A stretch of 64,000 nt of DNA from Bacteroidota bacterium (lineage in GTDB: Bacteria > Bacteroidota > Bacteroidia > UKL13-3), in assembly GCA_027482225.1 (NCBI GenBank), contig JAIXWD010000005.1:64957-128956 (forward strand), read 5' to 3'. The position numbers and the translations under genes were made by a program. The notes under the pieces are model-generated. The model did no database searches, was not told where the DNA came from, and saw only the letters and a program-made list of their open reading frames with translations. How positions within the stretch are numbered: position 1 is the stretch's first letter; each line of letters starts with the position of its first letter. Positions 29,102 to 38,752 of the stretch are shown here, piece after piece.

Positions 29102-29509
29102 TTAATAATTTAACCTCATTAATCTTGTTGTTTCTCTTCTACTATTTACTTGTACAACGGCTGTATCTCTGGCTACAGCACCCGACATGTTTCTAGCTAA
29201 TAGGTAATAGTTACCTTGTAGTAAATATCCAAAATCGGCAATACCTGAGTTATTGGTGTACACAAAATTTAGCGATAGGTTGTTTACCAAATCGTTATAG
29301 TTAGCATAAAGGTATACTATGGCATTATCTTCAAGGTTATTGTTAACGTTACGCACTTCTGCTTTTAATCTACCATTATACTCAGACGAATCTGTAGTTA
29401 CAATTTGTTGCTGAGGTGTTGTATTATCGTTCTCGTTTTGGGTACAAGATGTCGCAACTGCTACAAACACCAAACCTATCAAAACAAAAATTGAATTTTT
29501 AGTGCACAT
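29102..29509 (-). CDS. Small predicted lipoprotein of unknown function
   Basis: The ATG at 29509 gives MCTKNSIFVLIGLVFVAVATSC, a lipobox. The mature protein is about 110 aa. Confidence 0.5.
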   Translation of the reverse strand: MCTKNSIFVLIGLVFVAVATSCTQNENDNTTPQQQIVTTDSSEYNGRLKAEVRNVNNNLEDNAIVYLYANYNDLVNNLSLNFVYTNNSGIADFGYLLQGNYYLLARNMSGAVARDTAVVQVNSRRETTRLMRLNY

Positions 29510-29550
29510 ATTTTTACATTTATTTTGTGCAAAATACAAAAACAATACCA

Positions 29551-30111
29551 ATGAAACCAAATGAGGAAAATCCATGGCAAATTATAAATAAACAGGTGGC
29601 TTATGATAATGCTTGGATAACGGTAACGCACCATGAAGTAAGACATACATCGGGCAAAGAGGGAATTTATGGTATCATTCATTTTAAAAAATTGGCCTTG
29701 GGTGTTTTGGTATTAGATGAAAAAAATAATACCTGGATTGTTGGTCAGTACCGCTTACCACTTAACCAATATACTTGGGAAATTCCCGAGGGTGGCGGAG
29801 ACATAGACGTTGATCCTTTGATTTCAATAAAAAGAGAATTGCTGGAAGAAACTGGTATTGTTGCTCAAGATTGGATACATATTCAAAGCATGCAATTGAG
29901 TAATTCGGCCTCAGATGAAATTGCACATTTGTATGTTGCTAAAAACCTAACTTACTATAAGGCCAACCCTGATGAAGATGAGACTTTACAACAACAAATG
30001 ATTTCTTTTGATGAATTGTACAACTGGGTATGTGAAGGAAAAGTTACCGATGCGCTAACTGTTGCAGCAGTGTTAAAAGCTAGGTTAATGATGTTAGAAG
30101 GTAAGTTATAA
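29551..30111 (+). CDS. NUDIX hydrolase
   Basis: Nudix box GGGDIDVDPLISIKRELLEETG. The ATG start is at 29551. Confidence 0.8.
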   Translation: MKPNEENPWQIINKQVAYDNAWITVTHHEVRHTSGKEGIYGIIHFKKLALGVLVLDEKNNTWIVGQYRLPLNQYTWEIPEGGGDIDVDPLISIKRELLEETGIVAQDWIHIQSMQLSNSASDEIAHLYVAKNLTYYKANPDEDETLQQQMISFDELYNWVCEGKVTDALTVAAVLKARLMMLEGKL

Positions 30112-30630
30112 CTTAAGTTTCATCATGTAATCATCACACAAACTTTCGCCCAATTGAAACTGTCTGGTTTCAAAAACTTCGAAACCAACTTTTTTGTAGA
30201 AGTTAATAGCTCTTTCGTTTTCCTGCCAAACACCTAAAAACAAATACTCAAAGCCATTTTCTTTACTATGCTGTATGGCTTGTTGCATTAATAGTTTACC
30301 GGCACCACTACCAAAATATGACCCTAAAATGTAAATCTTCTCCAACTCAATACACTTCCCGCTCAAACCTTTATAAGTAGTATCATGAATAAGTTTTATG
30401 TAACCAATTACTTGTTCATCATCATAACATAAGTAATAAGCAATATTTGATTTGATAAGGTTTTGGGTAATGATATCAATATGGTAAGCTTTTATGATAT
30501 AAGAGCGTATATCACTTTCTGTATTATAGGGCCTAAAGGTTTCATAAAAGGTATCTCCTCCTATTTTCGACAATATTTCGGCATGTTTTATATTTGCACT
30601 CTCTATACTAAAATCTGAATTAAGAGACAT
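30106..30630 (-). CDS. GNAT family N-acetyltransferase
   Basis: Acetyl-CoA binding region (LGSYFGSGAGKLLMQQAI..) and a FYKKVGFE motif. It overlaps the NUDIX 3' end in convergent orientation. Confidence 0.8.
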   Translation of the reverse strand: MSLNSDFSIESANIKHAEILSKIGGDTFYETFRPYNTESDIRSYIIKAYHIDIITQNLIKSNIAYYLCYDDEQVIGYIKLIHDTTYKGLSGKCIELEKIYILGSYFGSGAGKLLMQQAIQHSKENGFEYLFLGVWQENERAINFYKKVGFEVFETRQFQLGESLCDDYMMKLKL

Positions 30631-30919
30631 AAGATTTATAAATTAAACTAATTCTATAAAGAATAACTTGTGTAAATAATGATTACTAAATTTAGGTAAT
30701 ACGGCTTAAAAGAAATTAATATTAAGCTAAAATCTAACAAAAGTAAAGATCTTTCGATTAAACTAAAAAGAGTATGGAACATTTAGAATATATGCAAACA
30801 TCTAATTTGACTGACAATTATAATTTAGTATTTAATCGACAAGCATGTAATTTTATGTAAACGTAACTTAATTTAGTACATAAGTAGGAATAAGTTTGAA
30901 ATGTATAATTTTGCTTTAA

Positions 30920-32110
30920 ATGTTTAAGATACTACAATTCCCATTATCAATATTAAATTGGTTTATTCCTAAGGTAAGTATGCATTTATCTGTAGAAAGA
31001 AAAACTTACTTTAAAAAAAATGTATTCAAAACTACGTTTAATAAAACTGCTTTAGTGTCATACTTAAGCGAACCTTTCATTAGCGGGCTTAAAAACAAAC
31101 ACACCAATCACCTTGAATGCACTTTTGCTGCCAAAATATTGAGCGAAATGGGCTTTAATGTTGATGTAATAGATTTTGATTACCATAAAAAAGTAGATTT
31201 CAAAGCATATGTGGTTATTTATGGATTTGGTCATCAATTTGAACAATCATTTTATGATTCAAGTTTTAACGGGAAACGAATTGTATATAGTCCTGGATGT
31301 AACACGGTATATTCAAATCTTGTATCATGCCTAAGATTAAAAGAACATGTGCGAAATGGGGGCTCCTTAAATCCCAATCTAGTAAGAACAACAGGAGAGG
31401 CATGGCCACTTCAAAAATACTTATCAGATGCGGTTATTTGCCTTGGTAATGAGTTTGTATTAAACACATATAAACAAGATTACGATCAAACATCTTACTA
31501 CCGACTAAATTGCTTTCCGTTAGAATTAAATAACGAAATTGAAATAATTGAAAAAGACTTTAGCAAAGTGAAATATAATTTACTTTGGTTTGGTAGTCAA
31601 GGTAGCGTTCATAAAGGGCTAGATTTAACATTACGATTAATAGATCAACATAAAAATTTAAAATTATACATCAGAGGTTTAAACCTTAAAAATGAATATG
31701 AACTAATTAACCAATTTGAACATTTGATTGCACAAAATCGGTTGGATGTAAAACCATTTGTTGATATAAACACGGAAGAATTTAGTGAATTAATGCAAAC
31801 ATGTGGTGCCTTAATTTTCCCGAGCGCAAGCGAAGGTGGCGCAGCAGCGATATTAACTGTTATGAAACACGGAGGATTAATTCCCATTATAACCAAAGCC
31901 TGTGGACTAGATATTGATGACATTTCATTTATGGCAGATGAAACCACATATGATGCCATTAATAAACAACTTGAACGTTATTTAAATACAACGGATATAG
32001 AATTATTAGAGCTATCAAAAAGAACAAGACAAGAAGCAACCGAGCATTACAGTCAAGAATTATATCAAAACCACCTAAAGAAAATACTCAACAACATTTT
32101 ACAATCGTAA
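30920..32110 (+). CDS. Glycosyltransferase (GT-B fold, GT1/GT4-like)
   Basis: C-terminal region LLWFGSQGSVHKG...IFPSASEGGAAAILTVMKHGGLIPI. Confidence 0.5.
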   Translation: MFKILQFPLSILNWFIPKVSMHLSVERKTYFKKNVFKTTFNKTALVSYLSEPFISGLKNKHTNHLECTFAAKILSEMGFNVDVIDFDYHKKVDFKAYVVIYGFGHQFEQSFYDSSFNGKRIVYSPGCNTVYSNLVSCLRLKEHVRNGGSLNPNLVRTTGEAWPLQKYLSDAVICLGNEFVLNTYKQDYDQTSYYRLNCFPLELNNEIEIIEKDFSKVKYNLLWFGSQGSVHKGLDLTLRLIDQHKNLKLYIRGLNLKNEYELINQFEHLIAQNRLDVKPFVDINTEEFSELMQTCGALIFPSASEGGAAAILTVMKHGGLIPIITKACGLDIDDISFMADETTYDAINKQLERYLNTTDIELLELSKRTRQEATEHYSQELYQNHLKKILNNILQS

Positions 32111-32160
32111 AGCGATAGGTACATGTAAAGTTGATAGTTAATCAACTAATAAAAGCATCT

Positions 32161-32967
32161 TTAAGCAATCTTTTCAAGTATAGCAAAATGCCCTAACGTT
32201 TTATCTGGCACAGTTAGTTTGTAAAAACTTTGATTTTGCTCAAAAAACTCGTCAACAGCTGTTTTTGCTCCAGTTGAAAACCAATCATAATCATCAACCA
32301 CCACAAAAGATCCCTTTTCCATCCTAGTATGTAAGAAATTTAGGGCAATTAATATGGGCTCATAAAAATCAAAATCTACATAAGCAAAGCAAACTTTTTC
32401 AGGTAGGTTTTTAAGGTGAATAGTTTGCTCAATAAACCCTGAAACAACCATGGTATTTTCTTTCGGAAACGAAATCTCTTTTAAACGTGACGATACCTGA
32501 TCTATACCGCATGCCATTGTTCCCTTGTAAGCCTCCATTGAACCTAAACTAAAGATATCATCTTTTAATTGGTCTTTTTCGGTTGGCATTGGTAATCCTT
32601 CAAACGAATCAAATAACCAAAGATTTCTTTCCTTTAGTCCTCTAATTTCATTAGACATTAATGCAGATGTAGTACCTTGTGCAACACCAAACTCGCATAT
32701 ATCACCCGACACACTAAGTGATTTATTTAAGCATGATACAATACTTAATCCTTCGCTAATATTAGTACCTAAAAGTTTAGATAATAAGGCTACACGTTGA
32801 GGGTTTTCAGGGAGTTTATAACCATTATATTTCTCGAATAAATAAATGGATTCCTTTATTAAAGTTTGATATTTTTCTTGCAGTAAAGTTGGATTAGTGA
32901 TATTGCTATTGTGTTTTATAATATCTATACCAAAGTTATTTACTAATCGTTTCAGGATTTTTATCAT
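32161..32967 (-). CDS. TylF/MycF-family (macrocin-type) SAM-dependent O-methyltransferase
   Basis: GDICEFGVAQGTTS, and FAYVDFDFYEPILIALNFLHTRMEKGSFVVVDDY. The ATG start is at 32967; the ORF-track start at 33027 is a TTG. Confidence 0.65.
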   Translation of the reverse strand: MIKILKRLVNNFGIDIIKHNSNITNPTLLQEKYQTLIKESIYLFEKYNGYKLPENPQRVALLSKLLGTNISEGLSIVSCLNKSLSVSGDICEFGVAQGTTSALMSNEIRGLKERNLWLFDSFEGLPMPTEKDQLKDDIFSLGSMEAYKGTMACGIDQVSSRLKEISFPKENTMVVSGFIEQTIHLKNLPEKVCFAYVDFDFYEPILIALNFLHTRMEKGSFVVVDDYDWFSTGAKTAVDEFFEQNQSFYKLTVPDKTLGHFAILEKIA

Positions 32968-33093
32968 AATGGCAATTATACGAAATAAACTTAAATTATG
33001 TATGCGAGTATTGAACTTAAAGCACAAGTATGTTATTCTAGAAAAATTTCATCGTTTTAACAACAATAATGAAGTTGATGAAAAAAAATATCC

Positions 33094-34020
33094 TTAACTG
33101 AACCTCCACTTTAAATAGCGCCAAGTTTTAACTACTTTTTGCAATAGGTTGTTTTTAGGTTTAAGCGCTTGATCGTAAAAATATGCATCGGCATCGATAT
33201 CCACTTTAACCTCTTTAGTATGCTTAATTTCGTTTAGCTCAAAAACTACTTGGTTTACTGTCCAAGATGTATCATTAGCACTACCATGCGTAGAGTTATC
33301 GGTATTGCCAATGTTAGTAACCAAGTTTACATTAGGAACTAAACTAAGTCCTTTTTGCTTTAAAATAGTTAGCCCCCATTGATAATCCCAAGTATTGAAA
33401 ACATGTTTTTTACTAAACATAAAAATCTGTTGCCAATAGCGCTTTAGCCCCTTATGTGAGGTATAATAATCTAAGTTGAGTTCTTTATCTGATTGAATAT
33501 TATCTAAATTAAAATCATAATGTTGCCAAGCCCTGCGCCATGAAGCCCAACCCCAAATAAAGCTGTGCATAGAAAAATAATAGGAAGCGTCTCCCCTAAT
33601 AATACCTCGTTGGAAATTTGAACCACAAACTTGCATCACCCTTTCATCATCTTTGTAATGGTTGAGCATGGTTTTACAAAATCTGAAAAAATCGAATGAT
33701 GGTAAACAGTCATCTTCCAATATGATTCCCATTTCCTCATGCTCAAAAAACCAAGTAATTGCTTCGTTAACTGCGGGTCCACAACCCAAATTATTATTTC
33801 TATACAAGGTCTTTAATTTGCAAGGCCAATCTATTTGATTAAAGATATCGCGTGTTTGTAAGGTTAGCAACTGATCTGTCGATTTATGAGCTCTTGCTCC
33901 ATCAGCTGCAACATATAACCTTCCCGGCTTAACCTTTTTAACGGCATCAAAAACACGTTGGGTTTCGTCAGGTCTGTTAAACACCAACATCAATATAGGA
34001 ACATCAAAAGAGTTGCTCAT
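33094..34020 (-). CDS. Putative nucleotide-diphospho-sugar (GT-A-like) glycosyltransferase
   Basis: The ATG at 34020 gives MSNSFDVPILMLVFNRPD.., and there is an ILEDD acidic motif. Confidence 0.4.
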   Translation of the reverse strand: MSNSFDVPILMLVFNRPDETQRVFDAVKKVKPGRLYVAADGARAHKSTDQLLTLQTRDIFNQIDWPCKLKTLYRNNNLGCGPAVNEAITWFFEHEEMGIILEDDCLPSFDFFRFCKTMLNHYKDDERVMQVCGSNFQRGIIRGDASYYFSMHSFIWGWASWRRAWQHYDFNLDNIQSDKELNLDYYTSHKGLKRYWQQIFMFSKKHVFNTWDYQWGLTILKQKGLSLVPNVNLVTNIGNTDNSTHGSANDTSWTVNQVVFELNEIKHTKEVKVDIDADAYFYDQALKPKNNLLQKVVKTWRYLKWRFS

Positions 34021-34062
34021 GCTAAAATTAGTAAGTTGGCAATAATACACAAAGCGCTTTAA

Positions 34063-35463
34063 TTGCTAAAATATATCTATACGAATGTCGTTTGTGTGAT
34101 ACTTATTATTAATTTGCGCACTGTGCAAATTCCATTTTTAAATAAAATAAAATCACCACATATTAAAAAATATGCCGCCAATACGGGCTGGCTGTTTGCT
34201 GATAATTTCTTGAAACAAGTTATCAATATAATTGTGGGGGTTTTTCTTGCGCGATACTTAAACCCCGAGGGCCTTGGTAGTATTAGCTATGCATCAACAT
34301 ATATGCAACTGCTTAATCCTATTGCCATGCTCGGATTAAATGCAATTGCAATAAAAGAATTTGTAAACAACCACGAAAAAGCAAATACCATAATAGGCAC
34401 AACCTTTTTTTTAAAATTAATATCGTCATTAACAGCCTTTGCCATACTTATTTTTTGTGCAATATTTTTAGAAAACCTGCCAGAAATGAGGTATTACATT
34501 ATAATTGTGGGCCTTTCTTATCTGCTATACCCATTTCAAGTAATAGACTTTTATTTCCAATCTAACTTAAAATCCAAATACACCGTTTTATCACAACAGA
34601 TAGCAACTGTAATAGCCGCTATACTTAAAGTTTTAGGAATGATAAATGGATATGCTATAGAATATTTTGTATGGATAATCCTCGGAGAGGTTTTCGTTTC
34701 TACTACCAGTCAGATAATTATATATAGACTCAAAATTATTTTACCTAAGTGGTCGTTTGATAAAGTGCTTGCAGTTAAAATGCTAAAGGAATCATTTCCT
34801 ATCATTTTTACAGGCTTTTTTATTGTAATTTACATGAGAGTGGATCAACTCATGATTCAAAAAATGTTAGATACCAAATCTCTTGGTAATTTTACTGCAG
34901 CAATTAAATTAAGTGAAGCGTTTTATGTAGTACCAGGAATTATAGCAGGTTCTTTATTTCCAGCGATAATAAACGGGTTAAAAATTAGCAGAGAGGAATA
35001 CTTAAATAGGATGCAAAGGTTGTATTCTGTTTTTACCCTTATTTGTATAGTGGTTTCTTTGGTTGTAGTTATCTTTGGTGATTTAATAGTTAGCATTCTT
35101 TATGGCGAAGCATACACACAAACTTCTGCTGTACTAAAAGTACATTTTTGTAACAGTGTTTTTGTATTTTTTGGAGTAGCATACAGCCAAGCATTTATTG
35201 TTGAAGGGATGCAGCGATTTACTACCATAAATACCATTTTTGGCGCTATTATCAATGTGTTATTAAATTTCTATTTTATCCCTAAAATTGGTATTGTGGG
35301 CTCAGCAATCGCCACATTTATTGCCCAATTTTATTCCGGTTTTCTCTGTTTACTGTTGTTTCCTAAAACAAGGGTGCATTTTAAACTCATGCTCAACTCA
35401 TTTAACTTTATAAAAACAATACGTTTATATTCGACCAAAATTAGAACATTACAAGATGAATAG
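34063..35463 (+). CDS. Wzx-like polysaccharide flippase (MOP superfamily); start uncertain
   Basis: About 12 TM segments. The N-terminus IKKYAANTGWLFADNFLKQVINIIVGVFLARYLNPEGLGSISY matches the polysaccharide biosynthesis protein family. There is no in-frame ATG upstream of the conserved N-terminus. The likely start is GTG 34123 or TTG 34114. Confidence 0.65.
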   Translation: MLKYIYTNVVCVILIINLRTVQIPFLNKIKSPHIKKYAANTGWLFADNFLKQVINIIVGVFLARYLNPEGLGSISYASTYMQLLNPIAMLGLNAIAIKEFVNNHEKANTIIGTTFFLKLISSLTAFAILIFCAIFLENLPEMRYYIIIVGLSYLLYPFQVIDFYFQSNLKSKYTVLSQQIATVIAAILKVLGMINGYAIEYFVWIILGEVFVSTTSQIIIYRLKIILPKWSFDKVLAVKMLKESFPIIFTGFFIVIYMRVDQLMIQKMLDTKSLGNFTAAIKLSEAFYVVPGIIAGSLFPAIINGLKISREEYLNRMQRLYSVFTLICIVVSLVVVIFGDLIVSILYGEAYTQTSAVLKVHFCNSVFVFFGVAYSQAFIVEGMQRFTTINTIFGAIINVLLNFYFIPKIGIVGSAIATFIAQFYSGFLCLLLFPKTRVHFKLMLNSFNFIKTIRLYSTKIRTLQDE

Positions 35464-36250
35464 TTTGCTCTTATTTCTAGAAACATTTTTTACGAAAACC
35501 TACTTTTATAAAATCAATAAATTTCTTTACCTATTATCTGTTAAAGGAATGGGTATTGATAATAAGTTTACATTGGTTCACAAGGGCGATAAAATGCTAA
35601 TGACAAAACTATTGAAGAAAACTGGTAAACAAATAGTTATTGATGTTGGGGCAAATGTTGGCAATTATGCAGAAGAGGTTTTAAGTTATAATCCCGATAT
35701 TGATTTATATGCTTTTGAGCCACATCCTAAAACCTTTTTAACGTTACAGGAAAAAGCCAAAAAACATGGCTTTAAAACCATTAATAAAGGTTGTGCCAAC
35801 ACCATAGGGAAACTTAAGTTTTACGATTACGCAAATAATGATGGCTCAGAACACGCTACCCTATTAGAAGGAGTATTTTCAGATTTATACAATAATAACG
35901 AGACAATTGTGCACGAGGTTGATGTAACAACACTAGATGCATTTATATTAGAATATAATATTGAACATGTTGATTTACTTAAAATAGATACGGAAGGTTT
36001 TGAATACAGCGTAATGAGTGGATGCCTTGAAAGTATTAAAAACAACAAAATTAAGGCTATACATTTTGAGTTTAACAGCATGAATATCATCAGTAAAGTA
36101 TTCATGAAAGACTTTATTAAAATACTGCCTCAATACTCTTTTTATAGGGTGTTACCAAACGGTTTGCTAAAGGTTGAGCAGCACAACATTTTACTTACAG
36201 AAATTTTCGGATTTCAAAATATAGTAGCTATAAACAATCAAACAAAATAA
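35456..36250 (+). CDS. FkbM-family methyltransferase
   Basis: IVIDVGANVGNYAEE, AFEPHPKTF, NKGCANTIGKLKFY. The start sequence ATGAATAG overlaps the flippase stop. Confidence 0.7.
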   Translation: MNSLLLFLETFFTKTYFYKINKFLYLLSVKGMGIDNKFTLVHKGDKMLMTKLLKKTGKQIVIDVGANVGNYAEEVLSYNPDIDLYAFEPHPKTFLTLQEKAKKHGFKTINKGCANTIGKLKFYDYANNDGSEHATLLEGVFSDLYNNNETIVHEVDVTTLDAFILEYNIEHVDLLKIDTEGFEYSVMSGCLESIKNNKIKAIHFEFNSMNIISKVFMKDFIKILPQYSFYRVLPNGLLKVEQHNILLTEIFGFQNIVAINNQTK

Positions 36251-36252
36251 CC

Positions 36253-37017
36253 ATGAGTACTTGTAAAATTTGCAGTAGTAATATGCATCCATTGTTTATA
36301 GCCAAAGTACTTAATAAGTATGACGTGCAATATGAGCAATGTGAAAATTGCCATTTTATACAAACAGAAAAACCTTATTGGTTAAGTGAGGCTTACCAAA
36401 GCGCTATAAACAATAACGATACTGGAATTATATCGCGTAACGAGCGTTTTAGAGGTATAGTTAGCATACTTATTAGTTTTTTATTTAATAAAAATGAGAA
36501 ATTTTTAGACTATGCTGGTGGTTACGGTATTTTTACACGCATGATGCGAGATGTAGGATTCGATTATTATTGGGTTGATGAATATGCCAAGAATTTAGTT
36601 TCAATCGGGTTTGAGCACAAAAAAGGAACAACTTATGAATCCATAACGGCCTTTGAAGTTTTTGAACACCTTGATAACCCAGAAGAAAAACTCATAGATA
36701 TGTTATCTTACTCAGATAATATTATTTTCTCTACAGAACTTGTGCCAGATAATACACCAACAAAAGATTGGTGGTACTATGCCTTTAACCACGGACAACA
36801 CATTGCTTTTTATCATAAAAATTCGTTGTTACACCTTGCACAAAAACATGGTTTACACCTTTCATCAAATGGTTCTAACTTTCATGTTTTGAGTAAAAAA
36901 CAAATCAATCCATTGGTGTTTAAATTACTTTATAAAGGCAGTAAATTTGGTTTGTACTGGTTCGCCAAACTTGGACTTCAAACCAAAACCTTTACCGACC
37001 ATAAATTAATGAGTTAA
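36253..37017 (+). CDS. SAM-dependent methyltransferase with an N-terminal Cys4 zinc-ribbon (sugar C-methyltransferase-like architecture)
   Basis: CKICSSN...CENCHF zinc ribbon, followed by a methyltransferase fold. Confidence 0.55.
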   Translation: MSTCKICSSNMHPLFIAKVLNKYDVQYEQCENCHFIQTEKPYWLSEAYQSAINNNDTGIISRNERFRGIVSILISFLFNKNEKFLDYAGGYGIFTRMMRDVGFDYYWVDEYAKNLVSIGFEHKKGTTYESITAFEVFEHLDNPEEKLIDMLSYSDNIIFSTELVPDNTPTKDWWYYAFNHGQHIAFYHKNSLLHLAQKHGLHLSSNGSNFHVLSKKQINPLVFKLLYKGSKFGLYWFAKLGLQTKTFTDHKLMS

Positions 37018-37021
37018 TTTC

Positions 37022-38134
37022 ATGCATATTTTGTTTGATGATGAGGTGTTTTTCAGGCAACGTTTTGGTGGTGTTTCGCGCATATTTGCCAAGCTTATTC
37101 AAGGTATTGAACAAAACCCCGAACACCAACTGATGTTTAATTGTAACTACTCTGAAAACGAATATTTATTGCAACTCAAACCCAACACAAATTCCTTTCT
37201 AAAACCTTATCAGTTTCCATTAAAAGGTAAATTAATAAGAGGTATTTACGGAGGGTATTCACATAAAAAAACCATTAACACTATTGGTAAAAAAAAGGCT
37301 GATGTTTTTCACCCAACCTTTTATGCCAACTACTACTTAGAAGCACTAACTCAGGCTAATTTACCTTTAGTGTTTACCGTGCATGATTTAATACACGAGC
37401 AAACACCAAACAATTCACACTACACACAAATGGCAAAAATGAAGGAAGAAAACCTGAAAATTGCCAATCAAATCATTGTGGTTTCTGAACATACCAAGAA
37501 AGATTTACTTCGTATTTATCCCTTTGTAAATCAAGAGCAAGTAAATATAATTCCATTGGCACAATCATTACCAGAGCAAGGTGTAAAGCCCAAAAAACTG
37601 CCCGATAATTATATCCTCTTTACAGGCGAACGTGGTGGATACAAAAACTTTATTTCATTATTAAATGCGTTTGCCGAGTTGTCAAAAATAAATCCAGATA
37701 TGCATTTATATTGTGCTGGAAGTGCATCATTTAATAAAGATGAGTTAGCCCTTGCCCAAAAATTAAATGTAAATAATAAACTACACCATGCTAAACTCAG
37801 CGATTCTGAGTTGCGCTATGTATATCAACATGCTAAGTTATTCGTTTTCCCATCAACATACGAAGGTTTTGGCATTCCCATGCTAGAAGCATTTAATGCC
37901 GGAACTCCAGTTTTGGCTAATAATGCAACTAGTTTACCTGAAGTTGGTGGTGATGCCGCTTACTATGTTGATGCTACAGATGTAAAACAATTAACAATTG
38001 CCCTAAACGAAGTATTAACCAATACCAAACTACAGCAGGAATTGATTGAAAAAGGTAAAATCCGAGAACAACAATTCAACTGGCAAAATCACATCAGCCT
38101 CACATTGCAAGTTTATCAAAAGGCAGTAAAATGA
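37022..38134 (+). CDS. Glycosyltransferase family 4
   Basis: FVFPSTYEGFGIPMLEAFNAGTPVLANNATSLPEVGGDAAYYVD (GT4 EX7E region). Confidence 0.85.
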   Translation: MHILFDDEVFFRQRFGGVSRIFAKLIQGIEQNPEHQLMFNCNYSENEYLLQLKPNTNSFLKPYQFPLKGKLIRGIYGGYSHKKTINTIGKKKADVFHPTFYANYYLEALTQANLPLVFTVHDLIHEQTPNNSHYTQMAKMKEENLKIANQIIVVSEHTKKDLLRIYPFVNQEQVNIIPLAQSLPEQGVKPKKLPDNYILFTGERGGYKNFISLLNAFAELSKINPDMHLYCAGSASFNKDELALAQKLNVNNKLHHAKLSDSELRYVYQHAKLFVFPSTYEGFGIPMLEAFNAGTPVLANNATSLPEVGGDAAYYVDATDVKQLTIALNEVLTNTKLQQELIEKGKIREQQFNWQNHISLTLQVYQKAVK

Positions 38135-38712
38135 AATTTCTACTGATAGATAATTACGATTCGTTTACACACATGCTTGCTGATTATATAAGGCAATGTA
38201 ATGTGGTTTGCGATATTGTTCGTAACGATGATGTTAAGTTAAAGGACAGTAATTTCGTGAACATCTATCACGCACTGGTATTGTCTCCCGGACCGCAAAC
38301 ACCATTACATGCAGGTTGTTTAATGGAGGTAATTGATAAATACCATAAAACCAAACCAATATTAGGAGTTTGCTTGGGTCATCAAGCTATTGGAGAATAT
38401 TTTGGTGCAACTTTACAAAAAGCCAAAATACCCAAACATGGAAAAGTTGATGTGGCCCAACACAAAAACCACAATTTATTTGTTGATGTTTCTGAGAGTT
38501 TTGAGATTACTAGGTATCATTCACTAATTTTAAACAACATCAAACCACCTTTACAAATTATTGCACACAGCGCAAATGGCGAAGTTATGGCACTGACTCA
38601 TAACACATTGCCTATCGTTGGCATACAATTTCACCCCGAGTCGTGTTTAACAAAACAAGGCTTTACCCTTATAAAAAACTTTGTTCTAATGGTGCAACAA
38701 AGTTTAGGATAA
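38131..38712 (+). CDS. Class-I glutamine amidotransferase, anthranilate/aminodeoxychorismate synthase component II-like (TrpG/PabA)
   Basis: LLIDNYDSFTH, a catalytic triad with GVCLGHQ...HPES, 193 aa. It has an ATGA start/stop overlap with the GT4 gene. Confidence 0.8.
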   Translation: MKFLLIDNYDSFTHMLADYIRQCNVVCDIVRNDDVKLKDSNFVNIYHALVLSPGPQTPLHAGCLMEVIDKYHKTKPILGVCLGHQAIGEYFGATLQKAKIPKHGKVDVAQHKNHNLFVDVSESFEITRYHSLILNNIKPPLQIIAHSANGEVMALTHNTLPIVGIQFHPESCLTKQGFTLIKNFVLMVQQSLG

Positions 38713-38752
38713 GTTAATTTTCTTATATTTGGTTGCAATTCGTAATACATAA

